Below, piece by piece: positions 41,095 to 50,785 of a DNA stretch of 64,000 bases. Source of the stretch: Alphaproteobacteria bacterium (GTDB lineage: Bacteria; Pseudomonadota; Alphaproteobacteria; MPNO01); contig OY763326.1 in assembly GCA_963667285.1 (NCBI GenBank), positions 4,847,546 to 4,911,545 on the forward strand, written 5' to 3'. Position 1 is the stretch's first letter. Every line of letters starts with the position of its first letter. The notes under the pieces are model-generated. The model saw only the letters and a program-made list of their open reading frames with translations. It did not search any database and had not been told where the DNA came from. A program made the position numbers and the translations under genes.

Positions 41095-41360
41095 TGGAGC
41101 GGGCCCCATGGGCCGGACAGGTGGATTGAAATGATTCGACCGGTGCGCCGGGCATTCGAAGGATCGACGCCCATGGCCAGGCACCGAATCCACCGAACCC
41201 GCAGCATCGCCTTCAAGCGCCGGTTCGTTCTGGAGTATCTCGCCGGCGAGACGCTCCACGGTCCGGCCGGTCGGCACGACCTGTCCCGCACCCCGATCCG
41301 GATCCGGGTCGAAAAGTACGAGACCGGCGCCTTCGACGAGGACGCCGGGGCGGCCGCGAC
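41095..41360 (+). pseudogene. IS3-family remnant: left end and decayed OrfA
   Basis: TG-initiated end TGGAGCGGGCCCC. From ATG 41173: MARHRIHRTRSIAFKRRFVLEYLAGETLHG...VEKYETGAFDED. No OrfB. Confidence 0.72.
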
Positions 41361-41396
41361 TGCCTTTTTCCTTCGCAATTCGCCGTACGGCAGGGT

Positions 41397-41828
41397 TCAA
41401 GCCTCCGCGTCGAAAGTCCGGCTGGTTCGCTTCTCGCTGATTCTCCAGCCGCCGGATTCGCGCACCAGGCGGTTGTGCGAGACGCCCACCATATGAACCC
41501 CGGAGACCGGCGCCGGGCCTTCTTGCGGCGCCGGGCCGCGGTGGCGGTACACCGTCAGATAGGTGATGCCGGTCGCGTTGTCTTCGTCGATCACCTCGAC
41601 AAGGACGTTCGAGATGACATGCCGGATAATCAGGTCGCGGGGCCGGTCTCTCATGGCTTCGAGCAATCCCGCCGGCCCGATCGCGTCGCCGCCCGGCCGC
41701 GACCAGACGCCGTTCTCGGCCATCAATCCGGCCATGGTCTCGTAATCCCCGGCATCGAGCGCGTTTATGAAGCGGGTCAGCGTCCTGGTGCAGTCCCATT
41801 CGATCGCGCGGCGCCGGGCTTCATCCAT
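41397..41828 (-). CDS. SnoaL-like / NTF2-family protein
   Basis: RAIEWDC...LDAGDY, RHVISNVLVEV, GWRI. Confidence 0.85.
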   Translation of the reverse strand: MDEARRRAIEWDCTRTLTRFINALDAGDYETMAGLMAENGVWSRPGGDAIGPAGLLEAMRDRPRDLIIRHVISNVLVEVIDEDNATGITYLTVYRHRGPAPQEGPAPVSGVHMVGVSHNRLVRESGGWRISEKRTSRTFDAEA

Positions 41829-42193
41829 CGTCCTCGCCTCCCGTCCTCACGCAGACGCAGTCGTCCGTGGCGATCGCCGCGAACGCCCGATTGCCCGGAT
41901 CGAAGCCGGCCTGGGGTCCCGCGCGAACCCGGAGCGGCCTGCCCCTGCGGGTGACGTCGTAACAGGTGGAACCGCCGAAGAAGGTGCTTCCTTCAACGGT
42001 TACTTCCCGGACCGCCCCGCGGGCGTCGCCGGCCGGGGGGAGGCGGTGAGATGAATGAGTTCCGGTCTCGGCGACACCGGCACGACCTCTTCGCGACCCG
42101 GCGCCTCGGTGGACGAGACGCTGACCGGTCCGCATTCCGTCCCGATGCGAAAACGGTCTCGAACCCCTTGTCCAGGCCGGCGACTTCCAGCAC
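41821..42193 (-). pseudogene. ABC ATPase remnant with the nucleotide-binding core deleted
   Basis: N-terminus MLEVAGLDKGF at 42193. TOBE-like tail VTVEGSTFFGGSTCYDV...LRVR in another frame, ending at 41821. No Walker A/B or signature motif between them. Confidence 0.65.
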
Positions 42194-42194
42194 T

Positions 42195-43979
42195 TCAATT
42201 GCCCCGCGTATCGAACAGCCCCTGCGCCCGGAAAAACCGCTGGACGATCAGCAGCACCGCACCCGATACGGTGAACATCGCCACGCCGAGCGCGGACGCC
42301 GCACCGTACTGGCCGGTCTCCCACAGCGTCCATATGCGGACCGACAGAACGATGTTGCTCGGGCTCGCCAGCATCAGCGGAATGGTCACCTCGCGGAGCA
42401 CCAGGAGCGCGATCCACAGCGCCGCATAGGCCAGCGAAGACTTGATCAGGGGCACCGCGATGCGCAGCAGGATCTGGATCGTGTTGGCGCCGCACATGCG
42501 CGCCGCCTCCTCGATCTCGGCGTGGATCTGCAGCAGCGCGGCGTTGGTCACCCTGGTGCAGTAGGGGATGCGGTAGACCACCAGCGCGGCGACGATCATC
42601 GCCATCGTGCCGGATAGCTGGAGTCCGGTGAAACGGCTCAGCGCGATCCCGAAGACGATCAGCGCGAAGGCGAACGCGATCCCCGGAATGACATGCGGCA
42701 ACATCGCCGCGGTATCGATCAGCTGCCGGCCGGGGAGACGGGACCGCACGGTGACATAGGACATCACCAGCGAGAAGCCGACCACCAAAGCGGGCGTCGC
42801 GGTGATCATCACGATGGTGTTGACCAGGGGCTCCCAGCCGCCGAGCTGGCCCCAGAGGCCGCCATAGGTGGCGAAGGAGATCGCGTCGAGCGCGTTCAGC
42901 GAGAACTGCGTGAGCGCGGGCAACAACGACATCCAGACCAGCATCGCCAGCGGCAGCAGCTCCGACAGCGCGACGTAGAAGGCAACGAAGCCGACGGCCG
43001 CCCAGCGCCAGCGCCCGAGATCCACCAATCCGGGGCGGTAGCCCTTGCCCGTGACCACCGCGAAGCGGTGGGCCTTGCGGATCGCCCGGCCATAGAACCA
43101 GAGCGCAAAGATAGCGAAGGCCATCATGATCACGCCGTACACCGCGGCATAGCCGAGTTCTATCGAGCCGCCGGCCGATCGGACATAGAGGAAGAGCTCG
43201 GTGGAGAGGACCGCCGTATCCTCGTCCAGCAACAACGCGGCGATCTCGTAGAGCGTGACCGCGGTCATGAAATTGTAGATCAGGCCGGCGATGACGGCAG
43301 GGCGGATCAGCGGGAAGCTGACCCGCGCGATGGTGAGCCAGCGGCTGGCGCCCGACATCTGGGCCGCCTCCTCCAGCGCTGGATCGAGCGCGATCATGCT
43401 GCCCGAGATCAGGAAGAACATGGCGGGGGTCAGCATCAGACCCTGGATGAACACCACCCCGCCGATGCCATAGATGGTGAACGGCGCTTCCGCCGCACCC
43501 GTGATCTCCGCATACAGGCTGTTGATCAGCCCGATATCGGGGCTGAGCATCAGGATCCAGCCCATCGCCTTCAGAAATCCCGGAATCAGGATGCTGATCG
43601 CCACCAGGGTGACGACCAGGGACTTGCCGGGCATGTCGGTACGGTGGACCAGCCAGGCGAGCGGAACGGCAAAGAGCATGTTGACGGCGACCGTTCCGAT
43701 GCCGATCAGGAAGCTGTTGATCAGCGCATCGAAGATCACCCCGTCGTCGAACACGTCGGTGTAGTTCTCGACGGTGAAGCCGGGATCGCCGGGCAGACCC
43801 GGCAGCGTGCTCATCCAGACGACGATCGCCATCAGGAGCAGGATGAACAGCGCGACGACCCCGGCGACGATGCCAAGCGACCATTCCCCGGCATCGACGA
43901 CACCGGTGACCCGGGCTCGCGCCAGGAACGGCCGCCGCATCCTGGCACCGCCCCCTGTCTCGACGATCGACCGTCCCAT
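42195..43979 (-). CDS. ABC permease, FbpB-like (duplicated domain)
   Basis: AWLVHRTDMPG and two EAA loops (LEEAAQMSGA, IEEAARMCGA). True start 43979 or 43940; the longer ORF runs into a MITE. Confidence 0.9.
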   Translation of the reverse strand: MGRSIVETGGGARMRRPFLARARVTGVVDAGEWSLGIVAGVVALFILLLMAIVVWMSTLPGLPGDPGFTVENYTDVFDDGVIFDALINSFLIGIGTVAVNMLFAVPLAWLVHRTDMPGKSLVVTLVAISILIPGFLKAMGWILMLSPDIGLINSLYAEITGAAEAPFTIYGIGGVVFIQGLMLTPAMFFLISGSMIALDPALEEAAQMSGASRWLTIARVSFPLIRPAVIAGLIYNFMTAVTLYEIAALLLDEDTAVLSTELFLYVRSAGGSIELGYAAVYGVIMMAFAIFALWFYGRAIRKAHRFAVVTGKGYRPGLVDLGRWRWAAVGFVAFYVALSELLPLAMLVWMSLLPALTQFSLNALDAISFATYGGLWGQLGGWEPLVNTIVMITATPALVVGFSLVMSYVTVRSRLPGRQLIDTAAMLPHVIPGIAFAFALIVFGIALSRFTGLQLSGTMAMIVAALVVYRIPYCTRVTNAALLQIHAEIEEAARMCGANTIQILLRIAVPLIKSSLAYAALWIALLVLREVTIPLMLASPSNIVLSVRIWTLWETGQYGAASALGVAMFTVSGAVLLIVQRFFRAQGLFDTRGN

Positions 43980-44017
43980 GAGCGAATTTGGGGAGCGGCG
44001 TGCGGACCCCCGGGCCA

Positions 44018-44282
44018 GCCCGCATTTCTCACCAGGGTCACGGTCTGCGTCGCGCGCAGGCGTTCGATCTGCCAGGAGCGGGCCGAAAAGCGTAGCAGGC
44101 ACTACGGTTAAGGCCCGCGACGCAGCGGGCGGGCGCCTGCGCGCGACCCTTCGGGCGGCGCTGTCAGGCCGACAGGGTGCGTCGAGGCGCTTGCCCGATG
44201 TCCCGCATCGCGCCGCGCGCCTCTCCTGCCCTGTCGGCCGCACAGCGCCGCGCAGACCATGACCCTGGCGAGAAATGCGGGC
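44018..44282 (-). mobile_element. MITE copy 2 (265 bp)
   Basis: Same TIRs, flanked by CA on both sides (44016-7, 44283-4). Confidence 0.85.
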
Positions 44283-44312
44283 CAGGGGGCGCACGCCGCT
44301 ATGCGAGCCGCC

Positions 44313-45407
44313 CTACTTCTTCTTGGTGCCCTTGATGCCGCGGACGATCTGGCCGGTGAACTTCTTCCCGGCCTTGGTCGCCAGCCACTGGAGCTTGCCG
44401 TAGTTCTCCGCGGAATCGAAGAACGATGCCGGGACCACGCCGACCTTCTCCGATTCACGCCGCGCGATCTCTATCGCCTCGTTGCCGCCGTAATCGGCAT
44501 TGCCGAGATTGTTGCCTTCGCTCATCGCCCCGATGGCGTCACGCCCGGTGGTCCACATGACGAACAGCTTGGCCGCGTTGGGACTTTCGGCCCCCTTGCG
44601 GACGGCATGCAGCAGGACACCGTGGGGCACGAAGTCCTTGAACATGGCGATCGACAGCTTGGCGCCCTTCTGCGTGGCATCGAGGAACTGTTCGGTCGAC
44701 TGGAAGCCGCCCAGGGCGAACTCCCCGAGCGCCACCCGCTGGGCCATCGCCGTCGGGTGCAGCCGCTTGACCTTGGCCGCGCCCCACGCCTTGGCGTAAC
44801 CCACCAGCGTTGCGGCGTCGTATTTCAGGATCGCGGCCGTGATGTTGCTGGCGAACAGCGTGATCGCGGCCTTTCCGGCGCCGCCCAGATCCTTCATCGC
44901 GAGCGGCAGCCTGGCGCTGTCGAACTTGCCGGGGTTGTAGGAGAACCCCCAGTAAAGGTCGCAGCACTTGAAACCGATGCCGGCGATCGGCCCCGGGCTT
45001 GCCTTGGCCGGGTTCGTACCCTCGGGCAGCATGTCCTGCCAGCCCTCGATCCTGACCAGCGCGTCGGCCGCGGCGAGCGTCATGAAGGCGCTCTCGTTCA
45101 GCACCATCACGTCATAGGACGGCTTGCCGCCGGTCTTGTACTCGATCGCGCCCTTGGCGGCCTTGCCGGAATAGCGCCCGGTCAGGTCGGGCTTCACGTC
45201 GATCGACAGGCCGTAGGCCTTGTTGAACGCAGCCGCGACCTTCTTCGCGGTGTCGGGCGCGATCGTCGGGTGCAGCGTCACGCGGAGCGACGACTCCTTC
45301 TTCGCGCCCGCGACCAGCTCCGAAAGCATGTCGGCGCCGGCCGGCATGGCGATGAGCGCAGCGGCTCCCGCGATGAGCAGCGCGGTTGTGGCGTGGCGAA
45401 ATGTCAT
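44313..45407 (-). CDS. ABC substrate-binding protein (FbpA/AfuA-like fold)
   Basis: Signal peptide from 45407 with AGGGAGG RBS, AGAKKE, SPNAAKLFVMW. Confidence 0.85.
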   Translation of the reverse strand: MTFRHATTALLIAGAAALIAMPAGADMLSELVAGAKKESSLRVTLHPTIAPDTAKKVAAAFNKAYGLSIDVKPDLTGRYSGKAAKGAIEYKTGGKPSYDVMVLNESAFMTLAAADALVRIEGWQDMLPEGTNPAKASPGPIAGIGFKCCDLYWGFSYNPGKFDSARLPLAMKDLGGAGKAAITLFASNITAAILKYDAATLVGYAKAWGAAKVKRLHPTAMAQRVALGEFALGGFQSTEQFLDATQKGAKLSIAMFKDFVPHGVLLHAVRKGAESPNAAKLFVMWTTGRDAIGAMSEGNNLGNADYGGNEAIEIARRESEKVGVVPASFFDSAENYGKLQWLATKAGKKFTGQIVRGIKGTKKK

Positions 45408-45459
45408 TGTTTCCTCCCTGGATCGGTTGCCGGGCCGGGCCGGGCCGGCCAACCCGTTC

Positions 45460-46305
45460 TCAAATGTCCTCCCCAAGCTCGCTCAGAAACCCATGGATGG
45501 TCGAGTTCACCAAGTCCGGATGCTCCCAGAACACGCCGTGGCGGGCATTCGGCACCATGAAGAACTTCGAGCCCTTTATCTTGCCGTGAAGGTGGCGGGT
45601 CTGCTTGACGAAGTCGCCCGTGCCCTCGGCGAAACGGTCCTCGTCGCCGACGACGATCAGGGTCGGCGCGACGATCCGGTCGAGCTTGTCGGTCACGTTG
45701 TGGTTCTGGCGCGCGATGATATGGCGCAGATAGGGCTTCAGGGGCGGCGGCTCCATCATCGCGAGATCGAGGATCTTCTCCATGATCTCGGGGTTGTTCC
45801 TGCGGAATTCCGGCGTGTACCAGAATTCGCCGAGATGGGAGTCCTTGAGCCGTTCGGCGACCGAACCGTCGACCCTGGAGAAGGTGAGGCAGGTCTGGAG
45901 CGGGATGCCGCGCGGGAAGTCGTAGCCCGGGAACGGGCCGGACCCGGTCTCGGACAGCACCAGCCCGCGGGTCTTGTCGGGGTAGTCGATGGCAAATTGC
46001 TGCGCCACCTGCCCGCCCATCGAATGGCCCAGGATATGGGCCCGGGCGATGCCGAGCGCGTCCAGCAGGTCGCACAGATCCTCGGCGAACATCGGGATCG
46101 AGTACTCGATGTCGGGCTTGTCCGACTTTCCGGTGCCCCGGTGATCGAAGACGATGGTCTGGTAGTGCCGGCTGAAATACGGCACCTGGTAGAGGTGCCA
46201 TTTGTGCAGGTGAGAGCCGGTGCCGGCGATCAGGACCAGTGGCTCCCCCTCGCCGTGGATCTCGTAATACATGTTGAGCCCGCTGCGCAGCTCGACCATC
46301 GGCAT
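45460..46305 (-). CDS. Alpha/beta hydrolase
   Basis: FDHRGTGKS, GHSMGG, VGDED, NARHG. Confidence 0.92.
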   Translation of the reverse strand: MPMVELRSGLNMYYEIHGEGEPLVLIAGTGSHLHKWHLYQVPYFSRHYQTIVFDHRGTGKSDKPDIEYSIPMFAEDLCDLLDALGIARAHILGHSMGGQVAQQFAIDYPDKTRGLVLSETGSGPFPGYDFPRGIPLQTCLTFSRVDGSVAERLKDSHLGEFWYTPEFRRNNPEIMEKILDLAMMEPPPLKPYLRHIIARQNHNVTDKLDRIVAPTLIVVGDEDRFAEGTGDFVKQTRHLHGKIKGSKFFMVPNARHGVFWEHPDLVNSTIHGFLSELGEDI

Positions 46306-46319
46306 CGCGATCCGCCTCC

Positions 46320-46712
46320 CTATGATTGCTCGGGCAGTACCGCGACCGCCTCCATCTCGACCAGCATGTCGGGGTTCTTCAGCCCGACATAGGCCGACGA
46401 GCGGGCCGGCAGCGGCTCCGGCATCAGCTTGCGGTATTCGTCGTTGAAGGCCGGCGCATCCCCGGCATCCCGGAGATAGACGGTCACCTTGACCACGTCG
46501 GCGAGCGAGGCGCCGGCCTCGGCGAGGATCGCCTCGACATTGCCGATGCAGCGCCGGGCCTGATCGCGGATGTCGCCCATCTTTCCGGTTTCTCGGTTGC
46601 GCCCGGCCTGGCCCGAGGTGAACACCAGGTTGCCGATGCGGATGGCCTGGTTGAACGGCCCGGTCGGCGTCGGCGCGGCATCGGTGTGGATCGGTTGCTT
46701 GCCGGGCGGCAT
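46320..46712 (-). CDS. RidA/YjgF family protein
   Basis: GPFNQAI, FTSGQ, VVKVTVYL, PARS, LVEMEAVA. Confidence 0.92.
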   Translation of the reverse strand: MPPGKQPIHTDAAPTPTGPFNQAIRIGNLVFTSGQAGRNRETGKMGDIRDQARRCIGNVEAILAEAGASLADVVKVTVYLRDAGDAPAFNDEYRKLMPEPLPARSSAYVGLKNPDMLVEMEAVAVLPEQS

Positions 46713-46728
46713 GCGACTCTCCCGGAGT

Positions 46729-47565
46729 TCAGGCGGCGCCCTTCCAGAGCGCGACCGGGCAGGTGCCGACGCCGCGCACCGGCTTGTGGCGGATGAAGTC
46801 GGGCTTGCGGTCGGCGACCACGCCGAGGACCGTAACATAGTTGAGGAACTCCGCGGTCGAGTTGCCCTCGCGGATCAGCCGGGGCACGGAGAGGGAGTCG
46901 AGGATCGTGTCCTTCGCGCCGTCGCTCATCTGCCGGATCACCCAGCGATTGAAGTCCTGGTTGTAGTTGCCCATCTTCGGGCCGCCCACCTCGACGGTGA
47001 GATTGAACGAGCCGATCATCGCGATGCGCTCGTCGGCCGGACGGGCGTGGATCACCTCTCCGATCAGCTCTCCCAGCGCATACCAGCGCCGCGTGCTGGG
47101 GATCGGGTAGCCGAAGGCGTTGGAGATGATCGGGACGATGGGGATGTCCTGTTCCGGCCGCACATAGGAGAGCGGCAGGGTGAAGGCGTGGTCGATCTTG
47201 AACTCGTGCACCTGGGAGAACGGGATGCCGTTCTCCGCGCCCCGCCGCAGGACGTCCTGGGCGAGATCCTGATGCACCGCGCAGCGATAGGACGGCAGGT
47301 GCATGATCTCGGATTCGTACCAGAACGGCCCCTCGGCGACCGGACCCGTGCCCACCGCGAAGGACGGCAGGTTGTCGAAGAAGAAATTGTCGAGATGGTC
47401 GTTGGCGACCACGACGATCGCATCGGGCGCGGCCTCGGCGAGCCCCGCGCGAAGCACGCCGAAGGCCTCTTCCAGCTCGGCGAGGTCCTGCGCGTCGGCG
47501 TTGTCGCGGTTCCAGAAGATCCGCGGATTGTGGGTCGACGCGATGACGCAGACGGTTTTCGCCAT
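46729..47565 (-). CDS. Type II extradiol dioxygenase large subunit (LigB/CarBb-like), atypical
   Basis: STHNP, NDHLDNFF, IDHAF, IVPI, NSTAEF. The usual GGLSH is replaced by SFNLTV. Confidence 0.85.
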   Translation of the reverse strand: MAKTVCVIASTHNPRIFWNRDNADAQDLAELEEAFGVLRAGLAEAAPDAIVVVANDHLDNFFFDNLPSFAVGTGPVAEGPFWYESEIMHLPSYRCAVHQDLAQDVLRRGAENGIPFSQVHEFKIDHAFTLPLSYVRPEQDIPIVPIISNAFGYPIPSTRRWYALGELIGEVIHARPADERIAMIGSFNLTVEVGGPKMGNYNQDFNRWVIRQMSDGAKDTILDSLSVPRLIREGNSTAEFLNYVTVLGVVADRKPDFIRHKPVRGVGTCPVALWKGAA

Positions 47566-47575
47566 CAACCCTCCC

Positions 47576-47881
47576 CTATCCCGCGTCCCGGGGCGGGCTG
47601 TAGTAGTCGTACCAGCTATTGGGGATGTCCCGGATCTTCGGAACCACCTCCTTGACGTACCATTCGCGCGGGTTGAGGACCGCGGAGAGGTGGAACAGCA
47701 GGACGGGGTGCACGTCCATCGCCCAGAGCCGCGGGAAATCGCGTGCGACCAGGGCCGCGCGCTCGCGCTCGTCGAGCCCGAAGCGGTCGAGGACCGCATG
47801 GTCGCCGTCACGGAAGGCCATCGTCCGGTCGCGATCGATATAGATGTGGTGGATCGCCTTGTTGAGTTCGTAGGACGACAT
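47576..47881 (-). CDS. Extradiol dioxygenase small subunit (LigA/CarBa-like)
   Basis: MSSYELNK, FGLDERERAAL, VHPVLL. Directly upstream of the LigB-like gene. Confidence 0.8.
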   Translation of the reverse strand: MSSYELNKAIHHIYIDRDRTMAFRDGDHAVLDRFGLDERERAALVARDFPRLWAMDVHPVLLFHLSAVLNPREWYVKEVVPKIRDIPNSWYDYYSPPRDAG

Positions 47882-47894
47882 CGGGCTCCCTCGT

Positions 47895-48308
47895 TCAGAC
47901 CGGCGGCAGGGCGCCGACGGCCTCGACCGTCAACCGGGCGACCTTGCCGTCATTCGCGGGCGAGCCGCCGCCGATGCCGATCGCGCCGATACATTCTTCG
48001 CCGTCGAAGATGGGGTGTCCACCGGCATTCAGCGTCACCCCGCCGGGGATGACCTCGGTCAGGCTGAGCGGGAACATCGGCCGGTCCTTCCACTGCTCCA
48101 TCAGGGCGTCGGACGGCTTGCGGAAGGCCGCCGACAGCCGCGCCTTGCCGGTCGCCATGTAGGGGCCGTGCCAGGCGGTTTCCCGGCCGCGCGCGACCAC
48201 GACCGGATGGCCGGCGGAATCCACCACCGCGACGCTCACCTCCAGGCCGTGGTCCCTGCCGACCTGCTTGGCCTTCAGCATGATCTCGAGCGCGCGTTCG
48301 TAGTTCAC
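47895..48308 (-). CDS. GlcG/HbpS-family heme-binding-like protein
   Basis: VSVAVVDSAGH, ATGKA, GGHPI, GAIGIGGG. GTG start at 48308. Confidence 0.85.
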   Translation of the reverse strand: MNYERALEIMLKAKQVGRDHGLEVSVAVVDSAGHPVVVARGRETAWHGPYMATGKARLSAAFRKPSDALMEQWKDRPMFPLSLTEVIPGGVTLNAGGHPIFDGEECIGAIGIGGGSPANDGKVARLTVEAVGALPPV

Positions 48309-48336
48309 GATGCCTCGCCGTCCCGCTTCACCCGAA

Positions 48337-49521
48337 TCAGAGCATCCTGAGAAAACGGTCTGCATTGCCGGCGAGCAGCTTTTGCATGGCCCCGGGCCCG
48401 ATCGTGTTGGACCAGGCGAGCACGTTGTCGACGGAGCGCGGCCAGTCGCATTCCGGGTGCGGAAAGTCCGATGCGTACATCAGGCAGCCGTCGCCCAGCA
48501 CGTCGATCACCGCCCTGGTCATCTCGGGACCCTCATGGGTCTCGATCGCGCAAAAGACGCGTCCCGCGCGGACATAGTCGGAGGGCTTCATCGCGAGCGC
48601 CGGCACGGCGCCGGTGACGTACTCCACCTGGCTGTCCAGGCGGAGAACCCAGTAGGGCAGCCAGCCATGGCCGGTCTCGGAAAACCCCATTTTGATGTCG
48701 GGATAGCGGTCGAGGATCCCGCCGCAGATCACATAGGCCAGGAGGCGCTGCGCGCCCCACGGGTGGGCGGCCACGCGCGCCACCGCCGCATTGCCCCAGA
48801 TGTCGCGGTAACCGGGGAAGTAGGGCGGCTCGTAGAAGAAGCTGTGATGCATGATCGGCAGGTGGAAGTCGTTCATCGCCTGCCAGATCGGCTCGTGGTC
48901 GGGATCGTCGACGGGGACTCCCTCGGGGAGAACGGGCCACACGCAGGACACCCACTTCTGGTTTCCGCGCCGCCTGATCTCCGCCGCCGCCCATTCGACA
49001 TCGGCGGCCGGAGCCAGCAGGAGACCCTTGAGGCGATCGGGATCGGCGGCGCAGAACGCCGCCATGTACTCGTGATAGGCGCCATAGAGCCCGACGGCGA
49101 GAGACGGGTCGAGCGCGGTCACGGCCGATGCCCAGGTGCCGGGAATCAGGCAGTTGACGTCGACCCCCTCCCGGTCCATGTCGGCCAGCCGGCCGGTGCT
49201 GTTGTCGTGCTGTATCCGCGGGCTGCAGGTCTCCCTGGCGATGTTCTGCACGCGACCGGCGAGCGCCCCGGCGCCGCCCTTCTCCGCTTCTCCCGCGTCG
49301 CCTTTGCGGCCGGCCACGCGGTCATAGGGTATCGGGTTGATCTTGAGCGTCGTCCAGGGCTCCTCCGGGTGGCCGCGCCCGGGCGGCGAAGTCATGGTCC
49401 GCACATAGGGGGCGAACTCGTCCCAGCGCGCCTTGAGCCCCTCATCGGCGTGGCGATGCAGCACCTCGAGAGAGGGCGTCACGTGGCTGTCGACGTCGAT
49501 TACCCGGTATCCGGCCCGCAT
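48337..49521 (-). CDS. Amidohydrolase_2 family (TIM-barrel) protein
   Basis: VIDVDSHV, DMDREGVD, SETGHGW, YASDFPH. Confidence 0.9.
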   Translation of the reverse strand: MRAGYRVIDVDSHVTPSLEVLHRHADEGLKARWDEFAPYVRTMTSPPGRGHPEEPWTTLKINPIPYDRVAGRKGDAGEAEKGGAGALAGRVQNIARETCSPRIQHDNSTGRLADMDREGVDVNCLIPGTWASAVTALDPSLAVGLYGAYHEYMAAFCAADPDRLKGLLLAPAADVEWAAAEIRRRGNQKWVSCVWPVLPEGVPVDDPDHEPIWQAMNDFHLPIMHHSFFYEPPYFPGYRDIWGNAAVARVAAHPWGAQRLLAYVICGGILDRYPDIKMGFSETGHGWLPYWVLRLDSQVEYVTGAVPALAMKPSDYVRAGRVFCAIETHEGPEMTRAVIDVLGDGCLMYASDFPHPECDWPRSVDNVLAWSNTIGPGAMQKLLAGNADRFLRML

Positions 49522-49610
49522 TGTCCTTCCCCAGCGCCGCCGCGAATGGCGATCCGGCGGGAATGATACAGGTCTTTCGCGATTTCTGAACCGGTGCGGC
49601 GGCGGTGGGA

Positions 49611-50678
49611 TCAATCGTCCTCGGGCCACTCGCGGGGCGCGATGTCGATCCCCCTCGCCCGACGCTCTTCCACGAGACGGCGGAACTGGGCCCTGGTTTC
49701 CTCGATGCTCTCTATCGGCCTGTCGGCGAAACCGTCATTCGGCCAGCCGACGGACGCCTCGTACTCCCTGGCATACATCTCGGCCCGGATGGTCACCGGA
49801 TGGAACGGCTTGGCGCGCGCGCGGCGCAGGGCGTTCAGATCGACCGGGGCCTTGATGGTGGCCTCGCCGGCGCCCCGGATCCTGTTGATGCACCCGCCGT
49901 CGAAGGAATAGATGCCGGAATCCCCATGGCTTCCGAACAGCCCCCGCGTCGCGCCCTCGTACATGCCGATATTGGCGGCCGCGAGATAGCACTTGTTCTC
50001 GTAGGCCCGCGTCATGCGATAGGCCTCCCAGTTGTACACGTCCCCGTGGCTCATGTTGTGGGGCTCGGAGGTGAGATGGGCCAGGATCTCGGCGCCGTTC
50101 ATCATCGTGCAGCGCGCGTTCTCCGGAAAGCCGAGCTCGCCGCAGGTGATCAGGCCGATATTGCCGATCTCGGTGCGGGCGACGGGAAACAGGTTCTCCC
50201 GTCCGAACCTGGCGCAGAACTCGGTGTAGATGTCGGACGGCGTCGTGTAGGGGAACACCCAGGCGTTGTTGTTGTTCTTCCAGTGCTTGAGGATCACCGC
50301 GCCCGAGGGGTCGATCAGGAAAGAGCAGTTGAAGAACCGGCGGGGAAAATCGGGATGCACCTCGAACAGGTTCGCCGCGATGAAGATGTTTCGCTGCTTC
50401 GCCTTCTCGCCCAGCAGCTCGGTATAGGGCCCGGGAATGGTGGTGCAGAGCCTGAACCAGTCCTCCAGCTCCAGCCTCTGCCAGCGCGCGTTGATCGAAT
50501 ACTCGGGAAGAACCACCAGGCGCACTTCGGAGTTTCCGAACGCGGTCACGTAGTCGATCATCTCGCCGATCCGCGCGATGTTCTCGCGGATGTCGCGGTC
50601 GCGCTCCTCTTCGCCGAGCGAGACCGCCCGGGAGCGCGTTTGCAGGCACGCGATTTCGTAATTCAGGACCTGTGCCAA
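49611..50678 (-). CDS. Nitrilase-superfamily carbon-nitrogen hydrolase
   Basis: Glu-Lys-Cys triad in LPEY, HWKN and ITCGE. GAEI and RAYEN also present. TTG start. Confidence 0.88.
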   Translation of the reverse strand: MAQVLNYEIACLQTRSRAVSLGEEERDRDIRENIARIGEMIDYVTAFGNSEVRLVVLPEYSINARWQRLELEDWFRLCTTIPGPYTELLGEKAKQRNIFIAANLFEVHPDFPRRFFNCSFLIDPSGAVILKHWKNNNNAWVFPYTTPSDIYTEFCARFGRENLFPVARTEIGNIGLITCGELGFPENARCTMMNGAEILAHLTSEPHNMSHGDVYNWEAYRMTRAYENKCYLAAANIGMYEGATRGLFGSHGDSGIYSFDGGCINRIRGAGEATIKAPVDLNALRRARAKPFHPVTIRAEMYAREYEASVGWPNDGFADRPIESIEETRAQFRRLVEERRARGIDIAPREWPEDD

Positions 50679-50785
50679 GGTGGTCTCCGTTCGGTGTACC
50701 GGCCAAGCCGATCTTGGCGGGATCTTCCCCCGCGCAGGCCAGAGCGTCTACTCTGCTCAAGCCGGGCCGCCGGCGGGAGAGTCTC

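Noticed and set aside
43980-44294. N-terminal extensions of the permease (42195..44294) and hydrolase (52717..53784) ORFs, and small ORFs at 38970-39333
   Set aside because: Open frames through the MITE with no RBS support. Better starts exist downstream.
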